Source: Chrysomallon squamiferum (lineage: Eukaryota > Animalia > Mollusca). Taken from it: a stretch of 64,000 bases of DNA. The stretch lies in NCBI GenBank assembly GCA_012295275.1, contig CM022670.1, positions 14,074,001 through 14,138,000 on the forward strand. The letters run 5' to 3'. This document shows, in pieces, positions 11,779-29,446 of the stretch (positions within the stretch are counted from its first letter, which is position 1; each line of letters opens with the position of its first letter). Position numbers and translations under genes: made by a program. The notes below the pieces were generated by a model. The model saw only the letters and a program-made list of their open reading frames with translations, made no database searches and was not told the DNA's origin.

Positions 11779-14010
11779 TTTAATTATTGTTTTGTTTTTT
11801 CTCGTTTGGTTTTTTCCCACTTTCTCTGCGTTTTTTTTCTCATTCTTGTTCTGTATTATGATCTTTCCTTTTCTTTTCTTCCCTCTCGCCTTTCTTTTTC
11901 ATTCTTTAGTATTTTTTGTTTTTTTATCTTTTTATTTATTTTGTATTTGTGTGGGGAGGTATCTTCCCCACTTTCTTAATAATTCTTAATTCATTTGCCA
12001 TTCTGTAACGTAATACTTACAATTTTGTGAGAGAAAACTACATAAGCAGGCCAGCTACAAGAGTAAAGTATTGGTCTTCCCGTTTTGTTGAGCCAGAACT
12101 CCATCAATGGATAACCTAAAATGAAAATCCTCAAACAATCAATACGTTCAAGGAATATATATATGTATTTATTTATTAAAAAAAGAAAGAACGAAAACAG
12201 CATGTATTTGTTCAAGGTATTAATAGCATAAAATTTTATATTTGTTCATAAAGATGTTTATCTGATGTTATTAAACATTGGTCTGAAGTTCGTATTATTG
12301 GTTTTTAACGAATAATGTTGTCATTATTTTACAACTTGGTAAATGAGAAGCCCGATTTTCAGTTTTAGTTACAGGTGAAAAAAAAACAGTGGCATTTACT
12401 ATAAGTCATGCCTCCTCGATTTCTTCAGATGATTAAATATAATACTGATGATTATTATAAATCTGAATAAAAATTCTAATTATCGAGCAACAACAGTTGC
12501 ATCTTACCTACGGCATAATCATCTATAGTTGAATAACAACCATCAAGTTTGAGTGAATCTACTCCCCAGTCGGCGAAAGTCTGTGCGTCCATTTCTTCAT
12601 AAAACTTACTTCCAGGATAACCGCCACAGGTTAGAGTCCCAAAGTCTCCATAGATACCAAGCTTTAGCCCCTTTTTGTGCATCTGGCGAAACAAAGCAAG
12701 ACTCCGTAAAACGGGATTAAAGTGTCAGGTAGGAAGAGAGGACGTTAGAAGAAGAAAAGGGTGTTGATGAGGGTCATTATGAAGAAGATAATGAAGAAGA
12801 CCATAAAAAATAAGTGAAATAGAATATGAAGAATAAATGATGATGATAAAGATCATTAAGAAGAAGAAAATGTTTTCGTTAAAAACGGGACACTCACATA
12901 GTCTGCCAGTTTCTTGATTCCGCTGGGAAATCTGTCAGGATCAGCTTGTAGTCTACCGTCTGCGTCTCTCTGTTTTGAAGACCAGCAGTCGTCGATGTTG
13001 ACGTACTCGTAACCTACGTCTTTGTACCCGTCAGCCACGATGCGGTCAGCCATTTGCATGTACAGGTTCTCACTTGAAACGAAATTCAAAGTAATGCAAT
13101 TTTATTAGTTTAGCATTAGAGAGTTACAGCTGGTGTATTTCGTTATTTTCTATGAAATTTAAAAAAAAAAAATAATAATAATATATATAATAATAAAAAA
13201 AATAAAAAAATGTTCTTGGTGTAGATTATTTTAAAACTGAAAGAAGGAAAATAGTTGCTTAAAACGTAGTGGATCTCGATGTTGTAGCAGTGATGCATAT
13301 CTCAGTGGCACGACTGTGCTGTAACAGTCACTCGTGGCAATGGTGTCAGTGTTCATAACCGGAGATCAGTGAGAATGGTGGAAGTGTCTGTGGTAACGAC
13401 GATTGTGTTAATGATATCGGTATTTTATTGATCACCCTGGTGATAGCGGTGTTGTAATGGTATAGACGTAGCAGTAATAGAAGTAGTATTAGTGAAATAT
13501 GATGCTGTCGACGACTTCGTAATAGTGCTTGCAAAGATGTTTGCTTATGTTTTAGTAGTAGTGATAACTGCAGTAGAGGGATTGGCGGAGATAATGATGT
13601 TGGTGATGGTGGTGGTTACTGTAGTTTGTAGCTGTAGTAGTACTAATAACAAAGTAATAGAAGTGACAACAGTAGTAGTAGCGTTTGTGGTAGCAGAAGC
13701 AGCAGTAGCAATAGCAGAAGCAGCAGCACTAGTAGCAGTTGTAGCAGTAGAAGTAGTAGCAGAAGTGGTAGATTTAACTGTAGCAGTAGTAGTGAGTAGC
13801 GATGGTTATGGTGGTGGTACTAGTCATAGTAGTAAATAAGCAATATCTAACTAACCTTATGCAGTTATCTTTGTCATTTATGCAGTCGGTATTGCATCTG
13901 AAACGTTGCCATGACAACCATCCCATCGGCGGCGTTCTGGCTAGACCGTTGTCCAGTGAATAAGCAACGCAAAATAACGCAGCTACCACAGTTAGTGAAA
14001 ACATGTTCAT
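10197..14010 (-). CDS. NAGA: GH27 alpha-N-acetylgalactosaminidase, paralog A (404 aa, signal peptide)
   Basis: Exons 14010-13856, 13072-12898, 12682-12508, 12115-12021, 11663-11502, 11090-10893, 10451-10197; all GT-AG and in phase. Motifs [24 protein letters not shown] (nucleophile), CSWPAY, WRNYGDI (acid/base), NDPDM, NQDPLG. Confidence 0.95.
13490..13830. repeat. Degenerate (GTA/GCA/GTG)n trinucleotide tract in the first coding-region intron of paralog A
   Basis: Low-complexity GTAGCAGTA repeats; produces the spurious Val/Ala ORF 13492-13839. Confidence 0.8.
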
Positions 14011-14090
14011 GTTCTGAAACAAAACAAAATAATAATAAATCACTAAACAGAAGCTGTAGAAATTGCTGGCCTCTTAATAGTCACTTTATT

Positions 14091-14127
<37 letters not shown>

Positions 14128-14137
14128 ATATAAATAA

Positions 14138-14182
<45 letters not shown>

Positions 14183-14871
14183 TAATAATAATAACAATCA
14201 ATCCTTCTTGCAACCAGGCTGAATAAATTACCATGAAACAGTAGCTTATTATAAATAAACATTTTTTTTTTTTTTTTTTTTCAGTTCGCCAACATTACAC
14301 AAAATAAAGAACGCAGTATTATTATATGAACTAAATCTTATTTCGTTACCCAAGTAACTAATTTTCAAATGACACTTTACTGGTTGATGTTGATCTTATG
14401 TTAACAGCCACACAAAACTGTTCACTATCCTTGTATAATATACAATATGTCTTGAGGACAGAGTCTATAACCACCCTTGGCTGATAACCAGTCTGATTTT
14501 CAAACAAAATCATGGTGAAAAAAATCATATATAAAAATAATAATAATAATAACAACAACAACAAAACAACAACAACAACAACAAAACAACAACAACAAAA
14601 ACAGCAACAACAGCAACAACAATAATATTAAATCTCTATATATTGTGTTAGATCTATTTACCTTTTTCACTTCGCACGAGTAATTTAACCACTATGCTAC
14701 GACGTACAATAGCACTGTACCACTGACCTAACCAGATATTCCGACAGCCAGAAGCTTTTTTATAAACCTACTGTTAGCGTAGATAACAAACTTGACTTAC
14801 TAAGCAGAAACAGTCCCGCCTGCACGACAAAGTCTTGTCTTTGTTCTGTCTTAATTGATCCAACGAAGTGA

Positions 14872-14928
<57 letters not shown>

Positions 14929-15093
14929 AAGGAACACCCACTGATCAAAAGTTGGCGAAATTATCCTTTATAAAAGAAAACTGGTTTCGTTTGTATGAAA
15001 AGAAACCGGTACACTTCAGCAACATAAGTACGAATAATACTCTTTCTAGTTTATTTACGAAATTTTTTTCTGTAAATAAATATTAAATTTTAC

Positions 15094-15200
15094 CTGTTAG
15101 GAAGTCGAACTGTGTTTATCTTTAAAACAGCACAGGTTTTCTACTGTCGGTATATAAAAATTCAAAATCTAGGCTAGCTGTCATGTGACAAGCACGTGAT
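15094..15200 (-). promoter_or_regulatory. Putative non-coding first exon/promoter of paralog A with CLEAR/M-box E-boxes
   Basis: Minus-strand donor CAG|GTAAAA at 15094/15093; GTCATGTGAC at 15180-15189 and CACGTGAT at 15193-15200. Confidence 0.55.
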
Positions 15201-15299
15201 CCTGTTTTCACTGACTTAAAGGTACATTATCGATTTCTTGTAGATTAATCATAATTATTTGTCAGCTCTAAGTTGTATGCGTATTTGTTTATATAAATA

Positions 15300-15910
<611 letters not shown>

Positions 15911-17140
15911 GCGCAAGCATGCACAAATACATTCATTCAAAAAGACATGTACATAAACACATGCATTCACGCACGCACGCACACAAAGAGAAAGAGATAA
16001 ATATAAATTCAAAACACTTACCAGAACGAAATCGGCAGTACAAAAATATTTTTATTCGGCAAGGAAATTGACTAGCACTGGTATTTAAACACTAGTGTTT
16101 ACACTGTAAATCCTGGTCACATGTCTTTACCTACCAAGCTGTTACATTATGTGTTAAGAACCAGTGATTATGACTCGCAGTCTAATGTTGAAGCTTATTT
16201 CATTTATAGATGAATCATATTCTTAAATGTTTACTTTATCTAAGTTACAATTTTTCTGTTACAATTTTTGAATTCATACGTCCAAACATACCTGTATACA
16301 TGCATACATTCACACACACAGAGAGATAAACACATACATGGATATATACGAAACCCTCTCTGTTAATCAAAAAAAATAATATATATCCATCGTGTCGGGA
16401 TAAACAGTTATTATTTCACATCATCATTATGTAAGACTGAAACTAACAAGTGTTAAAAAAAACAACTTTGAAAGGTGTTTTTAAAAAAGAAAATTACTTC
16501 ACTTGTTTTTCTTAAAATGTCCTTTTAACTTCTTCTGGGGTAGAGAAGAAATATCGGAATGATAATGCGCTTATCTTCTATATTTTCACTCATGATTTTT
16601 CTTTTTTTCTGTTCTGGAAATGCCAAAAGTTTCAAGAAAAAAAATAACACTACATCTTAATGACTTGTATGTTCAGCCATTAACCATTTTGCGTATCTAG
16701 GCATACCTCATGACAGATGTATTTGGATATGTTGGAATTGCTTGTACAGATAAAGAGCGTCCAGTTGTCGAGGTAAACTGAAGTCAAATGATAGAAAGAT
16801 AAAACTGAGGTTTGAAATAAGAAAGGGAAGGTAAACTTTGAATATATATTTTAACACAGTCACTGTACAAATACTGTACACATTTGTTGTTTTGTTTTTA
16901 TGTCGGTGTTCTTCGGTTGTTAGACATTTTTGCTCTCTTTTACCTCTTTGGTCGTTACCTTTTTTTCTATTTCTGTCCACGTGAATTTTTCTTCTCTCCA
17001 TCTCTCGTGTTTCTGTCGAATGATTCTCGTTCTTTCTTCTGTTCTTCTTTTGGTACACCATGTGATTTAAATTTCGTATAATGTTAGTCACAAGTGGATA
17101 AATAATGTTAATGAAATTTGCATCGTTTTTTTTGCAGAAG

Positions 17141-20533
<3,393 letters not shown>

Positions 20534-22240
20534 TACGCTAATATAAAAAAATATATATATAAAAAAGAAAAAAAAGCAAGAAAGAAAAAAAAGAAGAAAG
20601 AAAAGAAAAGAAAAATAAAGAAGAGGAAATGCAATAGCAATTGTAGTTTTACTTTATATTTTGACACAGATACTAGTATCAATATTAATGCTATTGCTAT
20701 ATATTATGCATTTATCTTATGCCTGTAAAAACAAAATAGATTCTTCAAATGTCATTTGTTTAAAAATATGTACAAACTGTTTTCAACATTTCTTCCAGCT
20801 ACTCTTACTTATCAGATTATTTATTTTTCCAGATTCAAACTACTGCTAAAAGAGCCAGTTTGATCTATAATGGTAATTCATACTTATTTGGATCCAGAAT
20901 TAAGATAGATCAATAGTACTGCAATTTTAGTTTATGTACTGAACACATCAATAGTGCTTTTCTTAACATTAATAATTTTTTTTTGAAAGGATCAATATAT
21001 CAATTATAATGATTGTTTGCATATTGATCAGTTGTGAGGCTGGTGAGTTGATAATTTAGAAAAAGAAATGAATAAATAAAATTTTAAAAATGTTTATTCT
21101 CATTCTCATTATGTTTAAAAAGACATAGGTAAAGATATGTCCAACAAAATAAAGTTCTATTCAACCAGTCATCTGTGGAATTTTCTTAATAGTAATAATA
21201 AAAATCAATATATTATCTATTCTCATCAGGGTTGTTTAATTTCATATTTGTAATTTTACTATACACATATGGCACATTGTTGAACAATCCTTTTTTATTA
21301 TAATATAGACTTCAAATTCTTATATGATTTAAAATTATAACAGTAATAGGGAATATATTTAGAGATGTATATGTTGCCATTATCAATACATTTGTCAAAA
21401 ACCAGTTATTGCCCCCAATATTTTTTAAAATATAAAATAAATAATGGTACATAGTAATCTTTATGTAGGGGTTACCTGAGACATGAAAACTATTTTAAGT
21501 TGAAGCCTCTATTATAATAAGATTGGTAAAAAGATTGAGAAATGCTGATCTGTCTGTATGAAGTTTGATCAAATGGCAAATGGAAAGGTGACAGTCCAGA
21601 AAGAAAATAACAATAAATTTAATTTTAAAAAAAAACCATGTTTAATCATTTGCTTAAAAGGCTTAGGTAAAAATACATCCATCAACAAACTAAAGGTCTC
21701 TAAAACCAGATATCTATATATTATATATAAAAAAGACTGAAAAGGTAATGTACATCTAAAATAAGAAAATTAAGAGTAAATTTTAATAACAAGCAAGTCA
21801 TGTTAGATAAAAGACATGAAGCAAGCAGCTAAAATAGGATTGTTTTCCATTGTGATATGGTACCTGAGACGTGGTAGGTATTTTGTGTGTGTGTGTGTGT
21901 GTGTAGTATATGTGTGTGTAAAATAAAACACACATTCATCTCTCTCTATCTACCTAACATAGCTAAGTAAAAAAGTTATTTGCATAATTAATAATGGAAT
22001 GTTAGCAGATGAAAGGAATTTCTTAAGTCAAAAGCTTTGTTTCATTATGGTTCTTTTAAAAATAAAAATAAACAAGTGAATTATGGACATAATGAATTTC
22101 TCAAGAGGCTTAAAATGTTAATGATAACAATTCAATTAAATAACTTATAATTAAATAAGATACAAAAAAAAAAATATATATATATATACAATAAATTAAA
22201 TAAATAAAAACTAATAGATATTTGTAATCAATTACAAATT

Positions 22241-22465
22241 CAAGTAATTTGAAAAGCAACATTATATCAACAGAAAAAGAAAATGAAAATGAAATAAAAT
22301 GATAATAATAATAATAATGATAATCTATTAATATAAGACAGTTACAAAAATTCAAGTAATTTGAAAAGCATCATTATATCAACAGAAAAAGAAAATGAAA
22401 ATGAAATAAAATGATAATAATAATAATAATGATAATCTATTAATATAAGACAGTTACAAAAATAC
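22241..22465. repeat. 112-bp direct tandem duplication between the convergent 3' ends of paralogs B and C
   Basis: CAAGTAATTTGAAAAGCA...GACAGTTACAAAAA starts at 22241 and again at 22353. Confidence 0.9.
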
Positions 22466-22582
22466 AAGTGATTCAATGATCATAAAAAAGTATTCATAGT
22501 TAATTTTATACCAAAATAAGAAACCTATCATTGAATATCACATAACCTATCATTGAATACCACTGAATATCACATAACACAG

Positions 22583-25500
22583 TTATTTATTAACATAAGC
22601 AGTGGCTAGAAAAATACAAGTTGGATCGATTGTCATTTTTAATGTATCATTGGGAAACAGTTTTCCATAATTGTTTCCACTAAAAGCTTCAATAACAGTA
22701 TAACCTTTAGGATTTGTTAAAAGCATAGATTCTAAGGTAAGGTCAATAACTCTTGGTGCTCCCTGATCATCGCGATTAAAGATGGCAAATGCTCGATTCC
22801 CTGAATCTTTTGGTGCTAGTGGTTTTATCCAGAGATCCAGTCTGGCCAGCTGGAAAAAAAAAAAAAAAAAAGAAGTATGGCATTATTTTAAAATTTATTT
22901 TTATACCAAAAAAAAAAAAAAAAATGTTATTATACCATTTTGACAACAGATTAATATTGAAAGTTATTATGTATTAAAGTTTTATTTATTGATGACACGA
23001 GATAAGATTTTGGCTGTCACTTATGGAGTTATCCACATCAATTAGCAGCAAAGACCTTTTCTATGTACCTTCTTTAAGCACTATCATAATTATTTATTGA
23101 TCAACATTTAAGAAAGTTTTATTAATCTGTTTTTTATCTGGTCACTGATGAACCAGTAACAGGGCACTGACTGGAAAAGAGTACTACTGCAACTGTTAGC
23201 ACTGACCATGTCATTGTCAGATATGATATGTCATTATCAGACAAATTCTCTGTCACTGAACTGCAACAAACTGTTTTTCAGTCAGAAAAACAAGTTCTGC
23301 AGTATTTGAAACATTGAACCGCTCTGAGCAAGAAACTTCTCAGTCAAATTTCAAACCAGACCAGTCATCCATCATGGATTACACACATTTCTGTCAATAA
23401 AAGAAAGCACTGGTGTCAGTGAATACCTGATACACTTGCATTCCCTGTGCTCCTAGAGGATCCTGGTTGATGGCTATAACTCTCTTGTTCTGCAGTATCT
23501 CCTTTTGTCCAGGTTTAATGGTTCTCAAGTCTGTTGACATGAAAAGTGGTGATGCCATGATGGCCCACAAACCAAACTGTGCTTTCTGCTGGTAGTAGCT
23601 CAGGCCAAAATCTCCAACCAGAAGCTGAACGGAAATAATTAATGATATATTATTTGCTATGTTACAGTTTATTTTTTCAAGTTATTTTATTTTATTTTAT
23701 TCTTTAATACAGATATGTTTTTGCTGAATTTATAAGATCAACTGCCTATGCCTATGTATATAAACACTAAAAGACTATCAGATGTTAATTAATGTAGGTA
23801 ATAGGTAAAGGCAAACAGATGTTACACGTGTGTGTGTGTGTGTGTGTTGTCATTTTTAAAGCATGTGTGCACATGAATGCATGTGCTAGAGTGTTAAATT
23901 ATAAAGAATAATTACACAAGACACTCTCCAAATTAAAAATTATAATTTCACATAATAAATATCATTAATAAATCTTCTTTTTTTTTTTTTTAAATAACAA
24001 AAGAAACAACAACAACAATAGCATTATTTATTACCTCATCTGGATCATTAAATCCACCTGGTCCTGCTACCTGAGCAAAATTACCAGGATTTTTAGCATA
24101 ATAATCAACAATGGAGAGAACAGACTTCCAGCTGTCTTGTATGTCATCATAGTTACGCCATATATTGCAATATTTGGCTACTTCAGTATAGTTTGGCTGT
24201 AAAACAATGAGGATGTATTAATTCAACAAGGAATAAAAAAAAATTCTAGATACTTTCACAACATATATAGATATGTATGTATGTACATATATACAATCTC
24301 ATAATTTTGTTTTTAAAAGTATTTCCATAAATAAAAAAAATCATTAAAATTAAGGATCTTAAAATTATTAACAATACCATTAATATTAATTAATTTAGAA
24401 ATAAAGCAGGTGATTTAATAATAATAAATTAAATCATTATTTAATAATTCATAATTATAATTCAAAGAGTGTGTTTACTGAATTTCTTTAAATTAGTTCC
24501 AAACTATCATAATTATTTATTGATCAACATTTTAAAACATTTTATTAATCTGTTTTGTATTATTAGCTAATAATGTTACAAGATAATAAACTAAACTGAT
24601 GACTATTATGAAGACATGCAGGACTGACAGAATGTGCAATGGCCATATTAAAATGGGCAGTGTGAACTACACAGATGTTGCAGATTAGACAGCTAAAGCT
24701 TTTAAAAGAAAGATGTTGCTTTGTATTTTATCTTTGGTTAATTAAAGTGAATGCGTGAACAAAAGCTTGCTTAAGATGTACTCAAAATATTGTAATATTA
24801 ATTTTAATATTCTAAAGTGATTTCTATTATTGTAGAATAACAGTACAAGATGAAAAAACAAAACAAAAAACAACCCATTATCTGGGTTATTCTTAGCAGC
24901 AAGGACTCTGTTGTGTACATTTTCAAGATTGGACAGATGCCTTGCTGGTATGATAAACAGGACAATGGCTGTACTTATTGTGGAACTGATGGTTTAATAA
25001 ACAAGACCTATGAAGATTGCTTCCTGACTGTTTTACTACAAAAGTTAATTTTGGAACCACAAAAAGAAGAGTTCAAATTCACAATGCCCTATTTAGATTA
25101 GTGGGATAGAAAAGCAAGAAATATCAAGCAGGCAACACTACATAAAATATTATTTATTAATTTAATATGAAACAATATATATATATATATATATATTTTT
25201 TTATTTTGCTATAATAATATTTAGTATATAATTTAATATATAAAATGTATTAAGAAAATATAACAGAAGCAGGTTGAGGCTCATTGGTTAAAGAATTTGT
25301 TTAATGGGATATAGGTACAATGTACCAAATATTCTTTTTCCAGTTCTATCCAGTGTATCATAATACTGATTACTTTATCTCAGGCCTTGGCATAAAATTT
25401 GCTTTCTAGTTTAAGTGAAAATGCATATAAAATATCTTGTGTTTCCAGTTAATAAAAGTAACTTTCATATCATTATTATATAAAAATAATAAATTTGATG

Positions 25501-26196
25501 TTTAGAAACTTAAAAATATTATAATGTACCATGGTGTGTCACTAATCAGGCATACATTTGTTTTAGAAAATGATATTCAAACAAGAATCAAATAAATACC
25601 TAAAAAAATTTAGATCTTTAATAATTTCTTTTATTTTAAAATGTTAAATACATTTTTCTAAAAATATATACAGAATTTATATCTTCAAAACCCATTTATG
25701 TAAAATTAATGGTATTTTTTTTTTATTTTTTACTGTAAAATCTTTTCAACAACCATTTGTCAAAGGTTAAATATGGAATTATATCAAGCAGTAAATGTAT
25801 TCTAAAATGTAGTTTACAAACCAAAATCTTGAGAGAGCCATAGACATAAGCTGGCCAACTACAGCTGAACAGTATGGGTCTGCCAGTGGAATTCAAGTAA
25901 TATTCCATCAAAGGATAGCCTGAAGAAAATACCAAATATTTCAAAATTTAGTTTGTTAGAAAGATCTGAAATATTTTCTTCATTTAGTATTACCACTAGA
26001 GCACAGTATTCTTACACCATATAATGGAGGTCAAAATTTTGCAAATTCTGGATGCTGTTTTCAGAATAAGCATTGCTTCTTTTTCCATTAACACTAATTG
26101 GGATTTTTATATCCACTCTACCATAGACAAGAAAGCATACACCCAGACCTTTGACAACGAACTGTTTGGAATAGAAAAAAATACCTTTGGATACCA

Positions 26197-26227
<31 letters not shown>

Positions 26228-29145
26228 GATTTATGATAATGACGTGTTATCCTCACAGAACAAGCTTCTGTTTCTTTCACCAAGTAGTTTTAAAGCAGAA
26301 AGGAATTTAAATATTTGTGGTGGTACAAACAATTTAAATATATTCTGTATTCTTCTAATGATTTTGCTAATGATTTGTTCAGACTATCAGATATTTAGTT
26401 TTGTTTTACACTTCTGTGTTCAAAATAACTTATCAGAAAGGAAAGCAGCAATCAGATGTATTTCTCTGGGCCTATTGCACTATAATAGAAGTTTGGTATT
26501 TAGTCTAATGAATTACTAGCAAACAAAATGTATTTATATCTGTACCACCAAAATATGACCTCAAAATTGGGTGAAGCTGACAGCAGAAAGCAGAAATATG
26601 AAGCAGACACAATAATTAATTACAAATAAGAATCAGATTGTACAATTCTAAAGACATGCAAAATTAAAATGTATTATCAGGCATTGAAATGGCAGCCTGT
26701 TTCTGAAATGAACAAATAAATGAATATCTGTTCAATATTACAATAATTTGATTTATTATCTGAAAGACAAAACCTTTTTCTCACACCTATAGTAGACAGA
26801 ACCTTTGAACTGGCTGGAATCAGACATATCACAACAGCCTGAAACACCTCCAGCACAAGACAAGCTTGTCAATTAAAGATATAAAGGACTGTTCTGCATT
26901 TTCTGCAAATCAGTCTCTAATAATACTATCTGATTTATCACAAAATATAATGCTATTAGAGAATCTGAACTTAATAAAGATTATCAGTCCGACACACAGA
27001 TAACGGTACAAAAGAGATGATTAATCAGCAACAGTATTTCAGCCATTATAAAGTGGTTTGTGGGGAAACAGAGGAATACCGGTCACTTACCAGAAACAGG
27101 CAGCCATTAAAAATGTCAAGCCCTCAACTAACCTTCATTCCTTTGACGTTTAGATATAAGGGCCATTCACAAGCAAACAATATTGGCCTCTTAGTTGAAT
27201 TAAGATATGAAGCCATCAAAGGATAGCCTATGGTACAAATCAGAAGTTTACAAAAGTGAAATGATCTTTTTTGTCAGTTAAAAAGGTTACCCTAAATTTG
27301 TAATGAAGAAATTACATATTATTATTATTGTTACAACTGGTTATAATTAATCTCTTCACTACTGAGGCTAAATAAATAGCCACATTTTCATTTCTTTTTT
27401 TTAATATGATTCCACATGTGAATTATAATAATATTAGAAATGGCAGTCCTATTAAATTTAAACATTTTAAAACGAAACAGTCAAATTTGAGCAGCAATTG
27501 CATATTATAAAAAACTGTCTACTTTCAGAAAAATAATGGCACTGTACTGTGTAAAAAAAAACATAATACATCAGAGATTCTGTAGCACTAACATACACTA
27601 AAGGTCAATGTGGTCAATATTGTGTTGCTATTATCTGCTAGTAAAGATCAACTGTTTCAGATTCAGCACTTTATGACATGTCTGTGTTGATAAAAAAAAT
27701 CTCATACTAACCTTTATTCATAGTTTTGGGGTCAGAGTAACACCCATCAAACTTGAGAAGATCTACTCCCCAATCTGCAAATGTCTGTGCATCTAGTTTC
27801 ATGTGTTCTAGGCTGCCTGGAAAACCAGCACATGTCTTTGTGCCATAATCTTCATAAATACCAAATTTTAAACCTTTAGAGTGGATCTAGAAAACAGAAT
27901 GATTTTAATAACATAAAGTGACAGGAATAATGAAATCATGTTTTATGTGATTAAACAAAAAAACAGAAATTTTTATTTGAACTTCCCCTCTTTCTCTTTT
28001 ATTATTATTATTATTTTTGTTCTGCTTATCTCTATATATTTTTGTGATCAAGTGATTCATGTATCAACACATGTGTTTCTTAATTATCTGTAGTAATATG
28101 TGCAATCCATTCCGAACTGTAGAGTTGTTTGTGTAACAATAAGAGTAAACAGCCTACTACCATTTTCCTGTCTACTCTACTGAATTAGAACCTTGTGATC
28201 CTTCATACACACTTCAGCACAATAAGGAAAAAAATCAGTCTGTTGATACAGCAATTATCACACAATATAATGCCCAACAGATACTCTGAGATAGAATGTT
28301 GTAAAATATCAATTGTTTCAACAAAAGAATTATAACTTACAGCCAGTTCCATAAAAACGAATTAACATGTTACAATACTCACATAATTTGCAAGATATTT
28401 TATTCCATGAGGAAATCGTTTTGGGTCAGGCTCCAACCTGCCAGTTTTATTATTCCTTTCCTTTGCAAGCCAGCAATCATCAATTGTAACATATTCATAC
28501 CCAAGATCCTTGTAACCATCAGAAACTATTATGTCAGCCATCTTCATGTAGAGATTTTCACTAACAAAATAAGCATTTAATATAATTATTAATATTGTGA
28601 TTTGGTACTTCAAAAAACAAAAATAATAATCCTACATAATATACAATAATGTTTAAAAATTAATAGAAATAAAAATTTAATTACTACATCATATATGTTT
28701 TACTATTTGTCACAGCCTTGTATTGTAAGATAGTACTGCCTTAGTGAAACACTGGTTAAACCATCACAATGAATACTTGCATGCTAGGCAGGATCCTCCC
28801 TTCTTCTTAATATTTTATTTTTAAGGTTGGGGACCCTGGGATACATTTCATGCTCTCATAGGATTAACCATGAATTATGTAGTACAGTTATAATAATTTA
28901 TCATTTTATGTGTTATAAATATGTATAACCAGTGCCTATATCATCATAGTGTTAGAAGGAAGTGTTAATATTACTACCATGTTGTTTATTACTGCTCTAA
29001 TATAATTACATATAAGACTAGATTTCAAGGCATGAAATATAAGAAATCTTCTTTCATACAGATTTAATTGAAACCCATTCTAAGAATGCAAGGAGACTTA
29101 TAAAATAAATTCAAAAAAAAAAAAAAAATTGTAAAAGAAATAAAC

Positions 29146-29179
<34 letters not shown>

Positions 29180-29192
29180 TAATAATTAATAA

Positions 29193-29231
<39 letters not shown>

Positions 29232-29446
29232 ATTAATTAATTAATTAATTAATTAATTAATAATATATATATATTATATAAGTGTTCAAACCTGACACAG
29301 TGTTCGGGGTCATTCTTGCAGTCTGTGTTACAGCGAAAACGTTCCCAAGAGAGAAAACCCATTGGTGGAGTGCGAGCAAGTCCATTGTCTAAGCTGTTTA
29401 CAGAGAGGACACACAAACAACAGACTAGAGACTGCAGAATATTCAT
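22583..29446 (-). CDS. NAGA: GH27 paralog C (409/410 aa) with mutually exclusive specificity exons: alpha-galactosidase A-like or alpha-NAGA-like isoform
   Basis: Exons 29446-29292, 28560-28383, 27886-27712, [27227-27133 or 25919-25822], 24196-24035, 23624-23427, 22849-22583; GT-AG and in phase. Motifs [42 protein letters not shown]. Confidence 0.93.
25822..25919 (-). CDS. Paralog C exon 4b (NAGA-type): [33 protein letters not shown]
   Basis: CAG acceptor, GTTTGT donor, 98 nt, phase 1 to 0; CSWPAY at 25863-25846. Confidence 0.9.
27133..27227 (-). CDS. Paralog C exon 4a (GLA-type): [32 protein letters not shown]
   Basis: TAG acceptor at 27229-27228, AAG|GTTAGT donor, 95 nt (same length as the homologous exon in A and B), phase 1 to 0, no stops; CEWPLY at 27171-27154. 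Confidence 0.88.

Noticed and set aside
12300-12420. Possible decayed exon-4a remnant in paralog A intron 3
   Set aside because: Similarity too weak to separate from chance by eye.
13492-13839. Val/Ala-rich membrane-like ORF
   Set aside because: Degenerate trinucleotide tract antisense within an intron of paralog A.
16708-17091. 127-aa basic minus-strand ORF
   Set aside because: Antisense to the pyrimidine-rich sequence ahead of the paralog B acceptor; compositionally biased.
25268-25400. tRNA-like A-box (GGCTCATTGGTTAAAG)
   Set aside because: No B-box or cloverleaf; at most a decayed SINE head.
26012-26236. ORFs between exons 4a and 4b as a third alternative exon
   Set aside because: No GYP...CxWP homology; at most a faint Tc1-like transposase relic.
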